This document shows, piece after piece, positions 48,721 to 60,890 of a stretch of DNA of 64,000 nucleotides. A program made the position numbers and the translations under genes. Every line of letters begins with the position of its first letter. Position 1 is the stretch's first letter. The DNA comes from Mobula hypostoma (taxonomy: Eukaryota). Where the stretch lies: positions 23,376,001 to 23,440,000 of the forward strand of contig NC_086097.1 in the NCBI RefSeq assembly GCF_963921235.1. The letters run 5' to 3'. Under the pieces are notes generated by a model that saw nothing but the letters and a program-made list of their open reading frames with translations, did not search any database and was not told where the DNA came from.

Positions 48721-50658
48721 TTTCTATGTTATTTGCTGCCAAGCTTCAGTTCCAAGGGAATACTGGCATCTAAAACGATGCACTTCACTATGTTTTATTT
48801 CTGTACTGTATATGTGATAAATAAATCTTAATCTGAATCTGATTTCCTCAAATTGTCGGACTAACCATAGTATCTTTAGATCTTTACATCAAAATGAGAA
48901 AGCAACAGCATGCTATTATTTTTAAAGACTTTACAGCAAGTAGAATAAATCAGAATGTAAGCATATTTTCATAGTTGTATCTGAAAAACATATTTCAAAA
49001 TTCCAACCTACAAACATAACATACATCTTATATTAAAGTCCTGGAAGTTCTTTGCGCAGTAAAATTTATTTTAATAAAATCATTTCATACACTGAAAAAT
49101 GATGCCTTCACATATATTGGACTATGACCAATTCACAAATACATTATGTTCTCAGTAATTCAATTCATTTCACCTGATTCTGTGAAAGTCTTAGCCAATG
49201 GTAAGGGTTGAATCATTCATGCCACCCATGTCGATGAGCTGGAGATGTGGAGAATCTGTTTATTTTATCTGTGATTGCCAGTGGTTCTGTAACCTGTATG
49301 TCACCTTGTCTCCAGGATAGAGAAGCAAAGCTTCAAATTTCACTACATGCATCAATGATAATAAATCTGATTCTGAAAATACTGTACACTGACAAGTGGA
49401 GTTTTGAAAATTGGGTTTACCTTAGAGTTATAGAGTGCTACAGCACAGAAACAAGTCCTTCGACCAATCTAGACAATATCAAACTGTTGGTCTGCCTAGT
49501 CCCATTGACCTGCACCGGAACCATCGCCCTCCATCACCATCCCATCCATGTACCTATCCAAATCTCTTTTAAATGTTGAAGTCAAACCCACATCCATCAC
49601 TTCAACTGGCGATTTTTTTCCACACTCTCACCACCCTCTGAGTGAAGAATTTCCCCCTTAAATATTCTCACATTTCGATAACCCACTGTCATTTATTTTG
49701 ACTTTAAATACCCAACCTCTAACATGCAGAATCAGCATTTAGTCAACATACTTCAAGGCTTGTGTTACTTTGCAAGATAATAAGTTTCAAGTATTTGATT
49801 TGGCAGACAGAGCTGCACATGGAACACTTTTCTCAAACTGTATTATTCTTATTCCATTCCTTTGTGTTAAGAGCGTTGGTTACAAAATGTAGGACAGTAT
49901 ATTGTGGGCATACAATGTTGGCGCTGGAAGCGTAGTGACACTTGTGAGCTGCCCTCAGCACATTTCTGGGCTCTGTTGATAATTGCTGTGAAATGAAGTA
50001 CTGTATCTTTTGATGTACGAGTGACAAAGAAAGATCTTTAAACTTTATATTTTACTTTAAGAGGGAACTGCAAGCTGTCATGCTTCCATGGATAGGGATT
50101 CATACTTGGTGGCATGCACCTACACTCTGATACAAACCCAGGGTGGAACGGTAGTGTAATGATCGGCATAAGGCTTTACGGAGCTAGCAATCAGGGTTCA
50201 ATTCTCACCTCTATCTGTAAGGAGTTTGTACATTTTTCCCATGACTGTGATTTTCCTCAGTGTGTTCCTGTTTCCTCCCACATTCCAAAGATGCATGGGT
50301 CAGGGTTACTACTTAGACATGCTCTGTTGGTACCAGAAGCAGATTAATTTTTACCTTCTGAACAACATCACCTTGAGGGGCACCAAAACACCCTTGAGGA
50401 AAGGACTTACATTTCAGAAGAAAAGTATTGGTTCTAACCTGTGTACACACATTCTATATCAAGTATTGGCAAATGGCTGAGGAAATCGAGCCAAAGAATG
50501 GACAAACCAGTCAAATCAAAGTAAATCACAAACATGCCTTAAAGATGTAGGTTGTAAAAGACACAGTGAGAACTCTTTAGCATTTGAAGCAACATAAAGC
50601 TGACTTATCTCCAGTTTATAAAGGATCTCAGCTGGGAATCATCATAATTATGATAGAA

Positions 50659-50738
50659 CAGGGGTTCTCAACCTTTTTTATGCCATGGACCAATACCAGT
50701 AAGCAAGGGGTCCGAGGACCTCAGGTTGGGAACCCCAG
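50659..50738. mobile_element. 80-bp hAT (Charlie-like) MITE
   Basis: CAGGGGTTCTCAACC...GGTTGGGAACCCCAG; degenerate 8-bp TSD TGATAGAA/AGACAGAA. Confidence 0.75.
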
Positions 50739-50772
50739 AGACAGAAGCTGAGTGGAAAGTTTGAGCACCTCT

Positions 50773-51600
50773 CAAAGTTTCAAAGATACATTTAACGTCG
50801 GGAACATGTATACAATATACATCCAGAAATGCTTTTTCTTTGCAACCATCCACGAAAAACAAAGAAGTGCCCCCAAAGAATGAATGACAGTTAAATGTTA
50901 GAACCCCAAAATCCCCTCCCTTCTGCACGTAAGTGGCAGCAAGCAATGATCCCCCTCTCCTACCAACAAAATAAAAGCATGACTGAGCACTCAAGCGTGC
51001 AGCAAAGCAAATAGCAAAGACCCAGACTTGCAGTACCCCAGAGACTACTTGTTCACCTGGTATTTGACATACCACAGGCTCTCTCTCTCTCTCTCTCTCT
51101 CTCTCCCTAATAAGGGAGAAAGAGATGTCTCCATTTCACAGCGAGAGGGAAGACATAACAAATAACTCACTGGTTTACAATGTCAAAAGTCTGTTGCATC
51201 AGTTTTTCCGATCTCTGTGCCCAAAGATTTCAGGTCTCCAGGCACACAGCCTTAAACCTTCCGACTCCCAAGACATACTGATATCCTGCCAGGACACTGA
51301 CCTTTGATTTTAAACCCCTCTCTCTCACCCCCCCACCCCCCGACCTCCCCCATCTCCAGAACCATGAAATCTTGGACCTCCGAAGGTGAGTGTAACTCTT
51401 AAGCTGCACCCTTGGCACGTCAAATAATGGGCAGTCGTGAAACCCCGAGAGTGGGCCCCATTCCCGCAAAGAACCGTAGTCAGCATGTAACTCCAGGTCA
51501 TGGTCTTCAAAAGAACCCTGAAAGGGAAAAATAGAAATATTAAAGATAGGAATAGAGCAGTTTCCAAAGATGCAAGCAAAGGAGTGGCCATTACCTGATG
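50773..51600 (-). mobile_element. Non-coding LINE-like element, about 830 bp, with internal (CT)n
   Basis: Minus 3' end ...GACGTTAAATGTATCTTTGAAACTTTG resembles the Rex1-type tails; no RT motifs; head degenerate. Confidence 0.45.
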
Positions 51601-52084
51601 TAGAAATGACCAAATAATTTTAGTATTTAAGCATTGCTTATGTTTAATGCACAAGAATAGCTCAGATACATGAAATTGTAAGATGCTGCAATAAAATGAT
51701 GAAAAACGACTTCACTCCTTTTAACAGGGATATTGTTAACAGGTATTTGGTTGAAGAATGGGAAAGAGCCAAGGGATTGTTTTCTCCCCCCACCCCCCAT
51801 AGGATGGTATAAGGGTAATAGATGCAGAAAACATTCAGTTGAAAGAGTCCTTGGTGCTGAAATCCCCAAGGTAACAAACCAGGACGGAGGTAAAAGGTCA
51901 AGCCATCTACTGGCATTGCACCAGCTACTGTCCTGATACATGTATCTGTAGTGTGGTTCACGGTAACATCAATGAATGTACAAACTAAAAAATATGATCC
52001 TTCTCTCACTCTGCCATCATCTTCCCAAGTTATCTCCCTAACTTTCATTGCCCTTCTAACTTTATTTTCCTCCTCTAAGAAACC

Positions 52085-52975
52085 TCTGTACATTTTGAGT
52101 TACATGACCACTTTTGTCGAGCACCTTTGCTCCGACCACTGTACAAAGCAGGATTTCCTGGTGTTTTCAATTGCTCTTTGAATTCTGACATGTCTGTTCA
52201 TTGCCTCCTCTACTACCGCAACAAGAGCACACTAAGGATGGAGGTGAAACACCTCATATTCTGAATAAACTGTTCTCAGGCTTCCAGCCAAGTGCAGATA
52301 TCAATTATAACTTCTGTTTAGATGTACAATATACAACTAATTTCTCTAATTTCCAGTCATTTCTCCCCAACCCGTCTTTTTCCATTCCCCATTCTGGATT
52401 AGCTCTCACTCAATCACTTCCTCTCACCTGCCTCACCTCCCTCTGGTGCCCTCCTCCATCCATTTCTTCCATGGTCCATTATCATCTCTAATAAGATTCT
52501 TTCTTCTTCAACTCTTTACCTTTTCCACTTATCACCACGCATTTTCTTACTTCATCCACCCCTCCCCCACCCATCCACCCATCTTCCCCCTCCCACCCAC
52601 TTTCCCCCTCAGCTGGCTTCACCTGTTACCTGCCAGCATGTACTCCTTACCCTCTCCCAACCATCTTATTCTGGCTTAGTCCCCTTTCCTTTCCAGTCCT
52701 GATGGAAAGGACTGTTTATCAACAGTTTATTCCACTCCATTGATGCTGCCTGAACTTCTGAGTTCCTCCAACACTTTGTGTTGCTCTGGATTGCCAGCAG
52801 AATTTCTTGCATTTGTCAATCTTCCTCATTCCTTTCCAGTCCTGATGGAAGGTCTTGGCCCAAAATGCTGTCCGTTTATTCCCCTCCATAGATGCTGCCT
52901 GACCTGCTGAGTTCCTCCAGCATTTTGTATGTATTGCTCTGGATTTCCAGCACCTGCAGTATCTCTTGTGTTTAT
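52085..52975 (+). mobile_element. Penelope-like element 3' end: GIY-YIG remnant plus tandem terminal repeats
   Basis: Decayed LYI..FVEHLCS..KQDF / SDMSVH.LLYY..TLRMEVKHLIF..LQP. The module TTCCAGTCCTGATGG..GATGCTGCCTGA..GAGTTCCTCCA occurs twice (about 52690-52810 and 52833-52975). Confidence 0.7.
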
Positions 52976-53240
52976 GGTTTCTCAATAATGAATTCAAGTT
53001 ATAAAGGAATATATTGCAGATCTACACAAGATTTGTTCTAGTTTTGTCAAATGCAGCATACTAATACAATCATTGTGAGTAAATTTGTAATCTAATTGCA
53101 GGAAAATATTCTGTAAAATTTAAATGAAGTTCAAAAATTTCTGTCAATTGGGCAATTAGGTCAAGTTAGAGCAAGGAAATATGCTTGAGTGTTGGTATCA
53201 TTTAAAATGAAACACTGGTTAACCAAGTAACTCATTACCA

Positions 53241-54669
53241 TAGTCATAGTCATACTTTATCAATCCCGGGGGAAATTGGTTTTTGTTATGGTTGCACCAT
53301 AATAATAAATAGTAATAGAACCATAAATAGTTAAATAGTAGTATGTACTTTATGCCAGTAAATTATGAAATAAGTCCAGGACCAGCCTATTGGCTCAGGG
53401 AGTCTGACCCTCCAAGGAAGGAGTTGTAAAGTTTGATGACCACAGGCAGGAATGACTTCCTACGACGCTCTGTGTTGCATCTCGGTGGAATGAGTCTCTG
53501 GCTGAATGTACTCCTGTGCCCACCCAGTACATTATGTAGAGGATGGGAAACATTGACCAAGATGGTATGCAACTTAGACAGCATCCTCTTTTCAGACACC
53601 ACGGTGAGAGAGTCCAGTTCCATCCCCACAACATCACTGGCCTTATGAATGAGTTTGTTAATTCTGTTGGTGTCTGCTACCCTCAGCCTGCAGCCCCAGC
53701 ACACAACAGCAAACATGATAGCACTGGCCACCACAGACTCGTAGAACATCCTCAGTATCGTCCGGCAGACGTTAAAGGACCTCAGTCTCCTCGGGAAATA
53801 TAGATGGCGCTGACCCTTCTTGTAGACAGACTTAGTGTTCCTTGACCAGTTCAGTTTATTGTCAATTTGTATCCCCAGGTATTTGTAATCCTCCACCATG
53901 TCCACACTGACCCCCTGGATGGAAACAGGGGTCACCGGTACCTTAGCTCTCCTCAGGTCTACCACCAGCTCCTTAGTCTTTTTCACATTAAGCTGCAGAT
54001 AACTCTGCTCACACCATGTGACAAAGTTTCCTACCGTAGCCCTGTACTCAGCCTCATCTCCCTTGCTGATGCATCCAACTATGGCAGAGTCATCGGAAAA
54101 CTTCTGAAGATGACAAGACTCTGTGCAGTAGTTGAAGTCCGAGGTGTAAATGGTGAAGAGAAAGGGAGACAAGACAGTCCCCTGTGGAGCCCCAGTGCTA
54201 CTAATCACTCTGTCGGACACACAGTGTTGCAAGCACACGTACTGTGGTCTGCCAGTCAGGTAGTCAAGAATCCATGATACCAGGGAAGCATCCACCTGCA
54301 TCGCTATCAGCTTCTCCCCCAGCAGAGCCGGGCGGATGGTGTTGAACGCACTGGAGAAGTCAAGAAACATGACCCTCACAGTGCTTGCTGGCTTGTTCAG
54401 GTGGGCGTAGACATGGTTCAGCAGGTAGACGATGGCATCCTCAACTCCTAGTCGGGGCTGGTAGGCGAACTGGAGGGGATCCAAGTGTGGCCTGATTATA
54501 GGCCGGAGCAGCTCCATAACAAGTCTCTCCAGGGTCTTCATGATGTGGGAGGTCAATGCCACCGGTCTGTAGTCACTGAGGCCACTGGGGCGCGGCGTCT
54601 TCGGCACAGGGACAAGGCAGGATGTCTTCCACAGTACAGGAACCCTCCGGAGCCTCAGGCTCAGGTTGA
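53241..54669 (-). mobile_element. Young 5'-truncated Rex1/Babar LINE, (ATGACT)n-tail family, copy 2; TSD ATTACCA
   Basis: TSD at 53234-53240 and 54670-54676; open RT ORF. Confidence 0.93.
53387..54607 (-). CDS. Rex1/Babar reverse transcriptase, 406 aa (5'-truncated)
   Basis: DYRPVALTSHIMKTLERL, LDPLQFAYQ, FLDFSSAFNTI, GAPQGTVLSPFLF, KFSDDS, YKYLG. Confidence 0.92.
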   Translation of the reverse strand: MPKTPRPSGLSDYRPVALTSHIMKTLERLVMELLRPIIRPHLDPLQFAYQPRLGVEDAIVYLLNHVYAHLNKPASTVRVMFLDFSSAFNTIRPALLGEKLIAMQVDASLVSWILDYLTGRPQYVCLQHCVSDRVISSTGAPQGTVLSPFLFTIYTSDFNYCTESCHLQKFSDDSAIVGCISKGDEAEYRATVGNFVTWCEQSYLQLNVKKTKELVVDLRRAKVPVTPVSIQGVSVDMVEDYKYLGIQIDNKLNWSRNTKSVYKKGQRHLYFPRRLRSFNVCRTILRMFYESVVASAIMFAVVCWGCRLRVADTNRINKLIHKASDVVGMELDSLTVVSEKRMLSKLHTILVNVSHPLHNVLGGHRSTFSQRLIPPRCNTERRRKSFLPVVIKLYNSFLGGSDSLSQ

Positions 54670-55584
54670 ATTACCAAAGTTATGCTGCCAAGTTAAATAT
54701 TTTCATTGGATGGAGGTGTATCAGAATGTCAAGACAGCTTGAAATCCACCAACCACTTGACCTGTGGTCAGTGTGTAATTAATAGCCTGTGTAAAATTTA
54801 CATCACATGAGAGTCGAGCTGTGATCCATCCAGCAGACGGCATATGTAGAAATAACTGCTACCAATTTGCTTATAACAAGTGCCTTGAACATGATAAAGC
54901 CTAGCTCCCAAAGATTTTCACAGATGATTTGTCTTATGGTCTTATGGTCTTATGATACTTGACACCAAGCTAACAAGAAATACAAAAGTCAGAAGTCTTG
55001 ATCAAAGCGCTAGGTTTCAAAAGCAACTTCAAGGACAAGCTTGTTTTAACTTAGTTGCATTAAATTTATTCCTTTCTACAGCTGTTGCCTGGCCTACTGA
55101 GTTCCTCCAGCATTTTGTGAGTGTTGCGTACTAAATGATTACCATGTGATCAAACCTCTCCTTGGATGTGTCTTTCATTTGGCTGGACCCAGTGCTGAGA
55201 GGGTGTACGTTAGACATGGTTAATTAGCTAACAAATTTGTCAAGTATGTTTTCTTTCCTTAAGAACACCAATTGAAGAGACAAGACCTAGGGAGAGTGTT
55301 TTCAGTTGTGGGGAAGAGTTGAACTTAGCTCTATCTACACAAGCCACTAAGGAATCTAATTGGAAGTTCAGGGAAAAAATTTTAACTTTTGTGAACACTG
55401 TATATAAGTTTATGGGGAAGTTGAGTAGTTCATGAGGAAGAGGGGAATGCAGGGTGACACTGACAGATTCAGAGGATAAAGATGGAGTGAAACTTGAGAA
55501 ACAGAGTGGGATGATTGATCTAAATGCCCCATTTGTTCTGTATGTCTGTTCTGTAAGGAAGAGTTTAACATTTGTATTAGCAAT

Positions 55585-55835
55585 ATTTATTTAGAAATAC
55601 GGCACGGATACAGGCCCTTCCAGCCCAATGAGCTCACACCGGCCAATAACACCCACTTGACCAATTAACCTACCAACCCGTACATCTTTGGAATGTGGGA
55701 GGAATCCGGGGCACGTGGTGGAACCCACATGATCATGGGGAGAAGCTACAAACTCCTTAGAGACAGCAGCGGAATTGAACCCGGGTCACTGGCGCTGTAG
55801 TAGGGTTATGCTAGTTGCTACACTACCGTACCGTC
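55585..55835 (-). mobile_element. V-SINE with CR1-like tail
   Basis: Reverse head GGAATTGAACCCGGGTCACTGGCGCTG; V-domain; tail CAGGCCCTTCCAGCCC. Confidence 0.8.
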
Positions 55836-56440
55836 CCTATTGTCAGAGTTGCAGGAAAATTTAATTACATCTTCAAGATCAAATTTAACTGCTAGTTATA
55901 TTCTTCAGTTCTGTTTGTGGTCAATGGAACACCATTAATCCACCAATACTAAAAGAAAAATTCTTTAAAAATTCAAAGAATACATTTTTATTGCATGTAG
56001 ATGTAGGTAGGGACTTATTGTCCAAAAATTTCATTGTTCTGGAACTGAATGGTTTGTTATCTCATAACAAAACTCAAATACTGGAAAAATTCAGTAGGTC
56101 GGGCAGCATCTGTGGTTAGAGAAAAGTGGTTATATTTCACCTCAAAGGCATAAGTTATCAATTGCTGCCTCTTCAGAGGTTATGTGTTAACAGATGGTGA
56201 TGTCATGACTGACTTGTTCAGTTCTGCTGGTGGTCATTGGGGAATTCTTCTCTCCCAGCAGCTCAAATTCAGTTCTGAGCATAGTTATTGCTACATTAGT
56301 GAAAAGGTGTCCAGCAGATGAAGAGTTCATGCTAATTGAATTTATTGGAACTTAAATGAATGTAATTGCATTCTACTAGTTTCTGTAGCGGAAGATTAAG
56401 CTTGAAAAACTCGTCTCTCGTTGCTGCTGTTAAATGCATG

Positions 56441-57447
56441 CATGCAGTGGCCATTTTATTGGATTTCTCCTGTACCTAATAGAGTGGCCACTGTGTGTAT
56501 TCATGGTCTTCTGCTGCTGTAGACTATCCACTTCAAGATCCGATGTGTTCTGTACTCAGAGCTGCACTGTTGTAATGTGTGTCTATCTGAGTTACTGTCA
56601 CTTTCCTGTCAGCTTGAACCAGTCTCCTCTGACCTCTTTCATTAACAAAATGTTTTGCCCACAGAACCGCCACTCACTGCATTGTTTTGGTTTTTTGCAT
56701 CATTCTTTGTAAATTCTAAGGAATGTTGTTCATGAGGATCATGAGGCACCAACAGAATCAACAAACTCATTCATAAGGCCAGTGATGTTGTGGGGATGGA
56801 ACTGGACTCTCTCACGGTGGTGTCTGAAAAGAGGATGCTGTCTAAGTTGCATGCCATTTTAGTCAATGTCTCCCATCCACTACATAATGTACTAGGTGGG
56901 CACAGGAGTACATTCAGCCAGAGACTCATTCCACCGAGATGCAGCACAGAGCGTCATAGGAAGTCATTCCTGCCTGTGGCCATCAAACTTTGCAACTCCT
57001 CCCTTGGAGGGTCAGACATGGTCGTGGACTTTTCATAATTTACTGGCATAATTTACATATTACTATTTAACTGTTCATTACTATTTTTCTATTACTATTT
57101 ATTATTTCTATGACTATTACTGTTACTATTTCTATTACTATTTATTATTTATGGTGCAACTGTAACAAAAACCAATTTCCCCCGGGATCAATAAAGTATG
57201 ACTATAAGGATCCCAGAAAATCAACAGTTTCTGAGATACTGAAGCCACCCTGTCTGGCACCAACAATCTTTCCTTGGTCAAAGTCACTTAGATAATATTT
57301 CTTCCCCATTCTGAAGTTTAGTTTGAACAACAACTGAGCCTCTTGACCTTACCTGCATGCTTTTATGCATTGTGTTGCTGCCATCTGATTGGCTGATTAG
57401 ATATCTGTATTAATGAGCAAGGTACCTAATAATGTGACCATTGAGCG
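56441..57447 (-). mobile_element. Non-autonomous Tc1 derivative (same family as 5633-6176), interrupted by a LINE
   Basis: Ends CATGCAGTGGCCATTTTATT and TACCTAATAATGTGACCATTGAGCG; reverse paired-domain remnant. Confidence 0.75.
56747..57206 (+). mobile_element. Rex1/Babar (ATGACT)n-tail family, copy 3 (3' fragment); TSD AGGATC
   Basis: ORF 56790 GMELDSLTVVSEKRMLSKL is identical to the other copies; tail AATAAAGTATGACTAT; AGGATC at 56735-56740 and 57207-57212. Confidence 0.88.
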
Positions 57448-57479
57448 TTGGCCTAATAGAAATAAAAATCACAGATTTG

Positions 57480-58890
57480 GTTTGGTGTAGGCTTGTTATT
57501 GTCACCTGTACCAAGATACAGTGTAAAGTTAGTTTTACATACTGATTATACTGATCAAGTCATTATACAGTGATTATAGGTAGGACAAAGTAAAACAATG
57601 ACAGAATGGAGAATTAAGTGTTACGATTACAGAGGGAATGCAGTGCAGGTAGACAATATTGTGCAAGATATTAATAAGGTAAAATGTGAGATCCAGAGTC
57701 CATTTTATCATACTAGAATATCATTCAAGGTTCTTATTACTGCAGGATCAAAGCTGTCCTTCACCCTGGTGGTATGTGCTTTTGGGCTTTTGTATCTTCT
57801 GCCTAATGGAGGTGGGGAGGAGACAGAGTATCTGGGGTGGGTGAAGCCTTTAAATATGCTGACTGCTTTATTAGAGGCAGGAGGAAGTACAGACAGAGTC
57901 CAGTAAGGGGTGGATGATTTCCGTGATGTGCTGAGCTGTGTCCACAACTCTCTGCAGTTTCTTGTGGTCATGTGCAATGCAGTTGCTAGACTGAGCTGGT
58001 CGGTATCCGGATAGAGTGATTTTTCTGGTGCATTAGTAAAAATTGGTAAGGGTCAACAGGAACATACCAAATTTCTATAGCCACCTGAGGATGTAGAAGC
58101 ATTGGTGGTCTTTCTTGGCCATGTCGACTGATAACATTGACTCTGAGGAACCTGAAGCTTTGAGCCCTCTTAACCTCAATGCCTTCAATGTAAATGGGCA
58201 GTTGCACCATCCTTTTCCGGAAGTCAATGGTCAGCTCTGTTGTTTAACCCATTTTGACGGAAAGGTTGTTGTCATGACACAAGTTCCTTATCTCCTTCCT
58301 GTACCTTGACTTATTATTATTTGTGATGAGGCCCACTATGGTGGTCCTGAGGAAGGGTCTCGACCTGAAACATCGACCGTTTACTCTTTTCCTTAGCTGC
58401 TACCTGCTCTGCTGATTGTCTCCAGCAGTTTCTGTGTGTTGCTCAGATTTCCAGCATCTGCAGACTTTTTTGTGTTTGTGATTCCACTACATGGTAATTG
58501 TCTGCAAACCTGTAGATGGAATTAGAGCAGAATCTAGCCATACAGTTGGGAATGTACAGAGAATGGAATAATGAGCTAAGGACGCAACCCTGTAGAGCAC
58601 CAGTGTTTAGAATAGTTGCAGTGGAGGTGTTGCTGCCCATCAACTGGTCTGTTGGGTTAGAAATTCAATGATCCAGTTGGACAGGGAGCCATTGGCTCCC
58701 AGGGTCTGGAGTTTGGTGATGAGCTTGTCTGGAATTATACTACTGAAAAGCAGTGCAGTAGTCAATAAACAACAGTCTGACATACATGTGTCTTTACTGT
58801 CCAGATGCTCCAAGGATAAGTTTAGGGCCAGGGAGATGGTGTCTGCTGTAGACCTGTTTTGTTGGTAGGCAAACTGCAGTAGTTAAGGTT
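57480..58890 (-). mobile_element. Degraded Rex1/Babar LINE with a Penelope-like repeat inserted at about 58343-58480
   Basis: ORF 58443-58643(-) LNTGALQGCVLSSL..IYRFAD; ORF 57708-57977(-) PLGRRYKS..DSF..IRTLN. Confidence 0.75.
58343..58378 (+). ncRNA. Minimal type I hammerhead ribozyme-like motif in a Penelope-like repeat
   Basis: GGTC-CTGAGGA-AGG(GTCTCGA)CCT-GAAA-CATC-GACC gives stem I, CUGANGA box, stem II, GAAA box and NUH triplet. Confidence 0.55.
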
Positions 58891-59669
58891 GCCAATGGCA
58901 TTAAATGTACAGAGTTGAGTTCCGGAAGATGGAATATTCTCTTACATGCTTAACGCTGATATCCAGAGGCATATTTTTCTACCAGATTCTGAAATTCTAT
59001 GTAAGAGCAGGGAGTCCTGATTCCAGCTCTGCAAGGAATAAAGAGAGAATGAAACCATGTAAATAAGGCTTAGCAGTAAATTCACAAGGGTAGTAATTGT
59101 TCTGGGGTAAATACAGATAGGACAATTGAACTGGAATGCCTTCTGTGCAAATATGTAAATGACAATAGTGGATCCACTTTCTGGACAATTTCGTAGAACT
59201 TCCAAACATCGGGAGATACAAACTTATTATTAGTAATAATTCCATTGAAAAGTATTTCTTCTGTTCAGTGAATAAATATAAAGTGAAAGAGCAATGTAAA
59301 CCAGTTGCAGTATTAGAACGGCACACATAAAATTCTGGTGGAACTCAGTAGGTTGAGCAGCATCTATGGAGAGAAATCAACAGTTGATATTTTGGGCCAA
59401 AATTATGTCCCTCCAAATATGCTGCATGACCTATTGAGATCCTCCAAAATTTTCAAGGATCAACTTTATTCATCATATAAAGTACATTTACATATACAGT
59501 GTAAGGAATTTGCTGTGATGTGTTGGGGCAACATGCAACAAAGTGCCAATTTTCAACAATTCTAAACAATAATCTATTGTATAAAAGTAAAGTTAGAATG
59601 AAGTATGGAATAAAATGTTCATAAGTACCAGCATGTATTTACAACGTAAACAGAATTATAAACAGTGAA

Positions 59670-59973
59670 TCATAAACAGGAGAAGGCCTGCGAATGCTGG
59701 AAATCCAAGGCAACACACACACAAAATGCTAAAGAACTGAGCAGGTCAGGTAGCATCGATGGAAATGAAAGTTGACATTTCAGTGAGGGGAAGGAGGATA
59801 GCCAGAAGGTGATAGATGAAGCTAGGTGAGTTGGAAAGAGGGAATCTGATAGGAGAAGAATCAGAATCAGGTGTAATATTACTGGCGTGTGTCATGAAAT
59901 TTGTTAACTTTGGAGCGGCAGTATAATGCGATACCTAATAACAATATAATAATAGAAAAACAATTGCGAATTG

Positions 59974-60014
<41 letters not shown>

Positions 60015-60215
60015 CACACACACACACACACACCCCCCCCCCCCCCCGAAGTTTCGCTTTTGGCGGATGAGATGGTGGTGCTCGATGAAGCAGTCCGCCA
60101 ATTTATGATTGGTCAACCAATGCAGAGGAGCTGGACACTGTGGACGACCCCAGTAGAATCACAGGTGAAGTGTTGCCTCACCTGGAAGGACTGAATGGAG
60201 GTGAACGGGTAGGTA
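59670..60215 (-). mobile_element. Penelope-like fragments (terminal repeat about 59670-59855; GIY-YIG remnant about 60050-60215)
   Basis: Reverse translation QSFQVRQHFTCDSTGVV..LLCIG; terminal module ACACAAAATGCT..GCAGGTCAGG. Confidence 0.65.
59975..60047. repeat. Compound (TA)n(CA)n plus C15 run
   Basis: Directly visible. Confidence 0.95.
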
Positions 60216-60604
60216 TAATTTACAGTGCCATGCAGTGAGTGAGGTAATAGATAGACTGGGGTGGGCAGGAGCTAATTAGAATGATTGATCAGATTTATAT
60301 GTGTTGATCAACATTTCCAGCATCTGAAGAAACTCTTGTGTGGTAATCAAAGGTTTTCACAATTGCATTCATAGACCTATGTGTGATTATGTTTTGTCCA
60401 TAATTCTCGGCAGTTAAAATACAAATCAGTATCAGATTTATAATCATTGACTTATATGATGTGAAATTTGTTGTTTTATGGCAGCAGTAAAAAGGCATAA
60501 AATTATTATAAATAACAAAAACAGATAGTACAACAAAAATGAATAATACAGTTATGTTCATGGTCCATTTAGCAATCTGATGGCAGAGAGCTCTAGCTGT
60601 TTTT

Positions 60605-60890
60605 TTATATTTATTTGATTGAGCTACAGCGCACAATAGGCCCTTCCAGTCCTTTGATCTGTGCCGCTCAGCAATCCCCCAGTCTAACCCCAGCCTAATC
60701 ACGGGATAATTTACAACGACCAATTAACCTACCAACCGGTACGTCCTTGGACCGTGGGAGGAAACCGGAGCACCCGTAGGAAACCCATATGGTCACAGGG
60801 AGAACGTACAAACTCCTTAAAGGCAGCAGTGAGAATTGAACCTGGGTCACATGTACTGCAAAGCGCTGAGCTAACCATTATGCTACCGTG
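60605..60890 (-). mobile_element. V-SINE nested in a Rex1-type fragment (about 60420-61315)
   Basis: GTGGGAGGAAACCGGAGCACCCGTAGGAAACCCA; reverse B-box GAATTGAACC. The host AGCTGTT.. resumes at GAACATTGAGTG. Confidence 0.8.
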
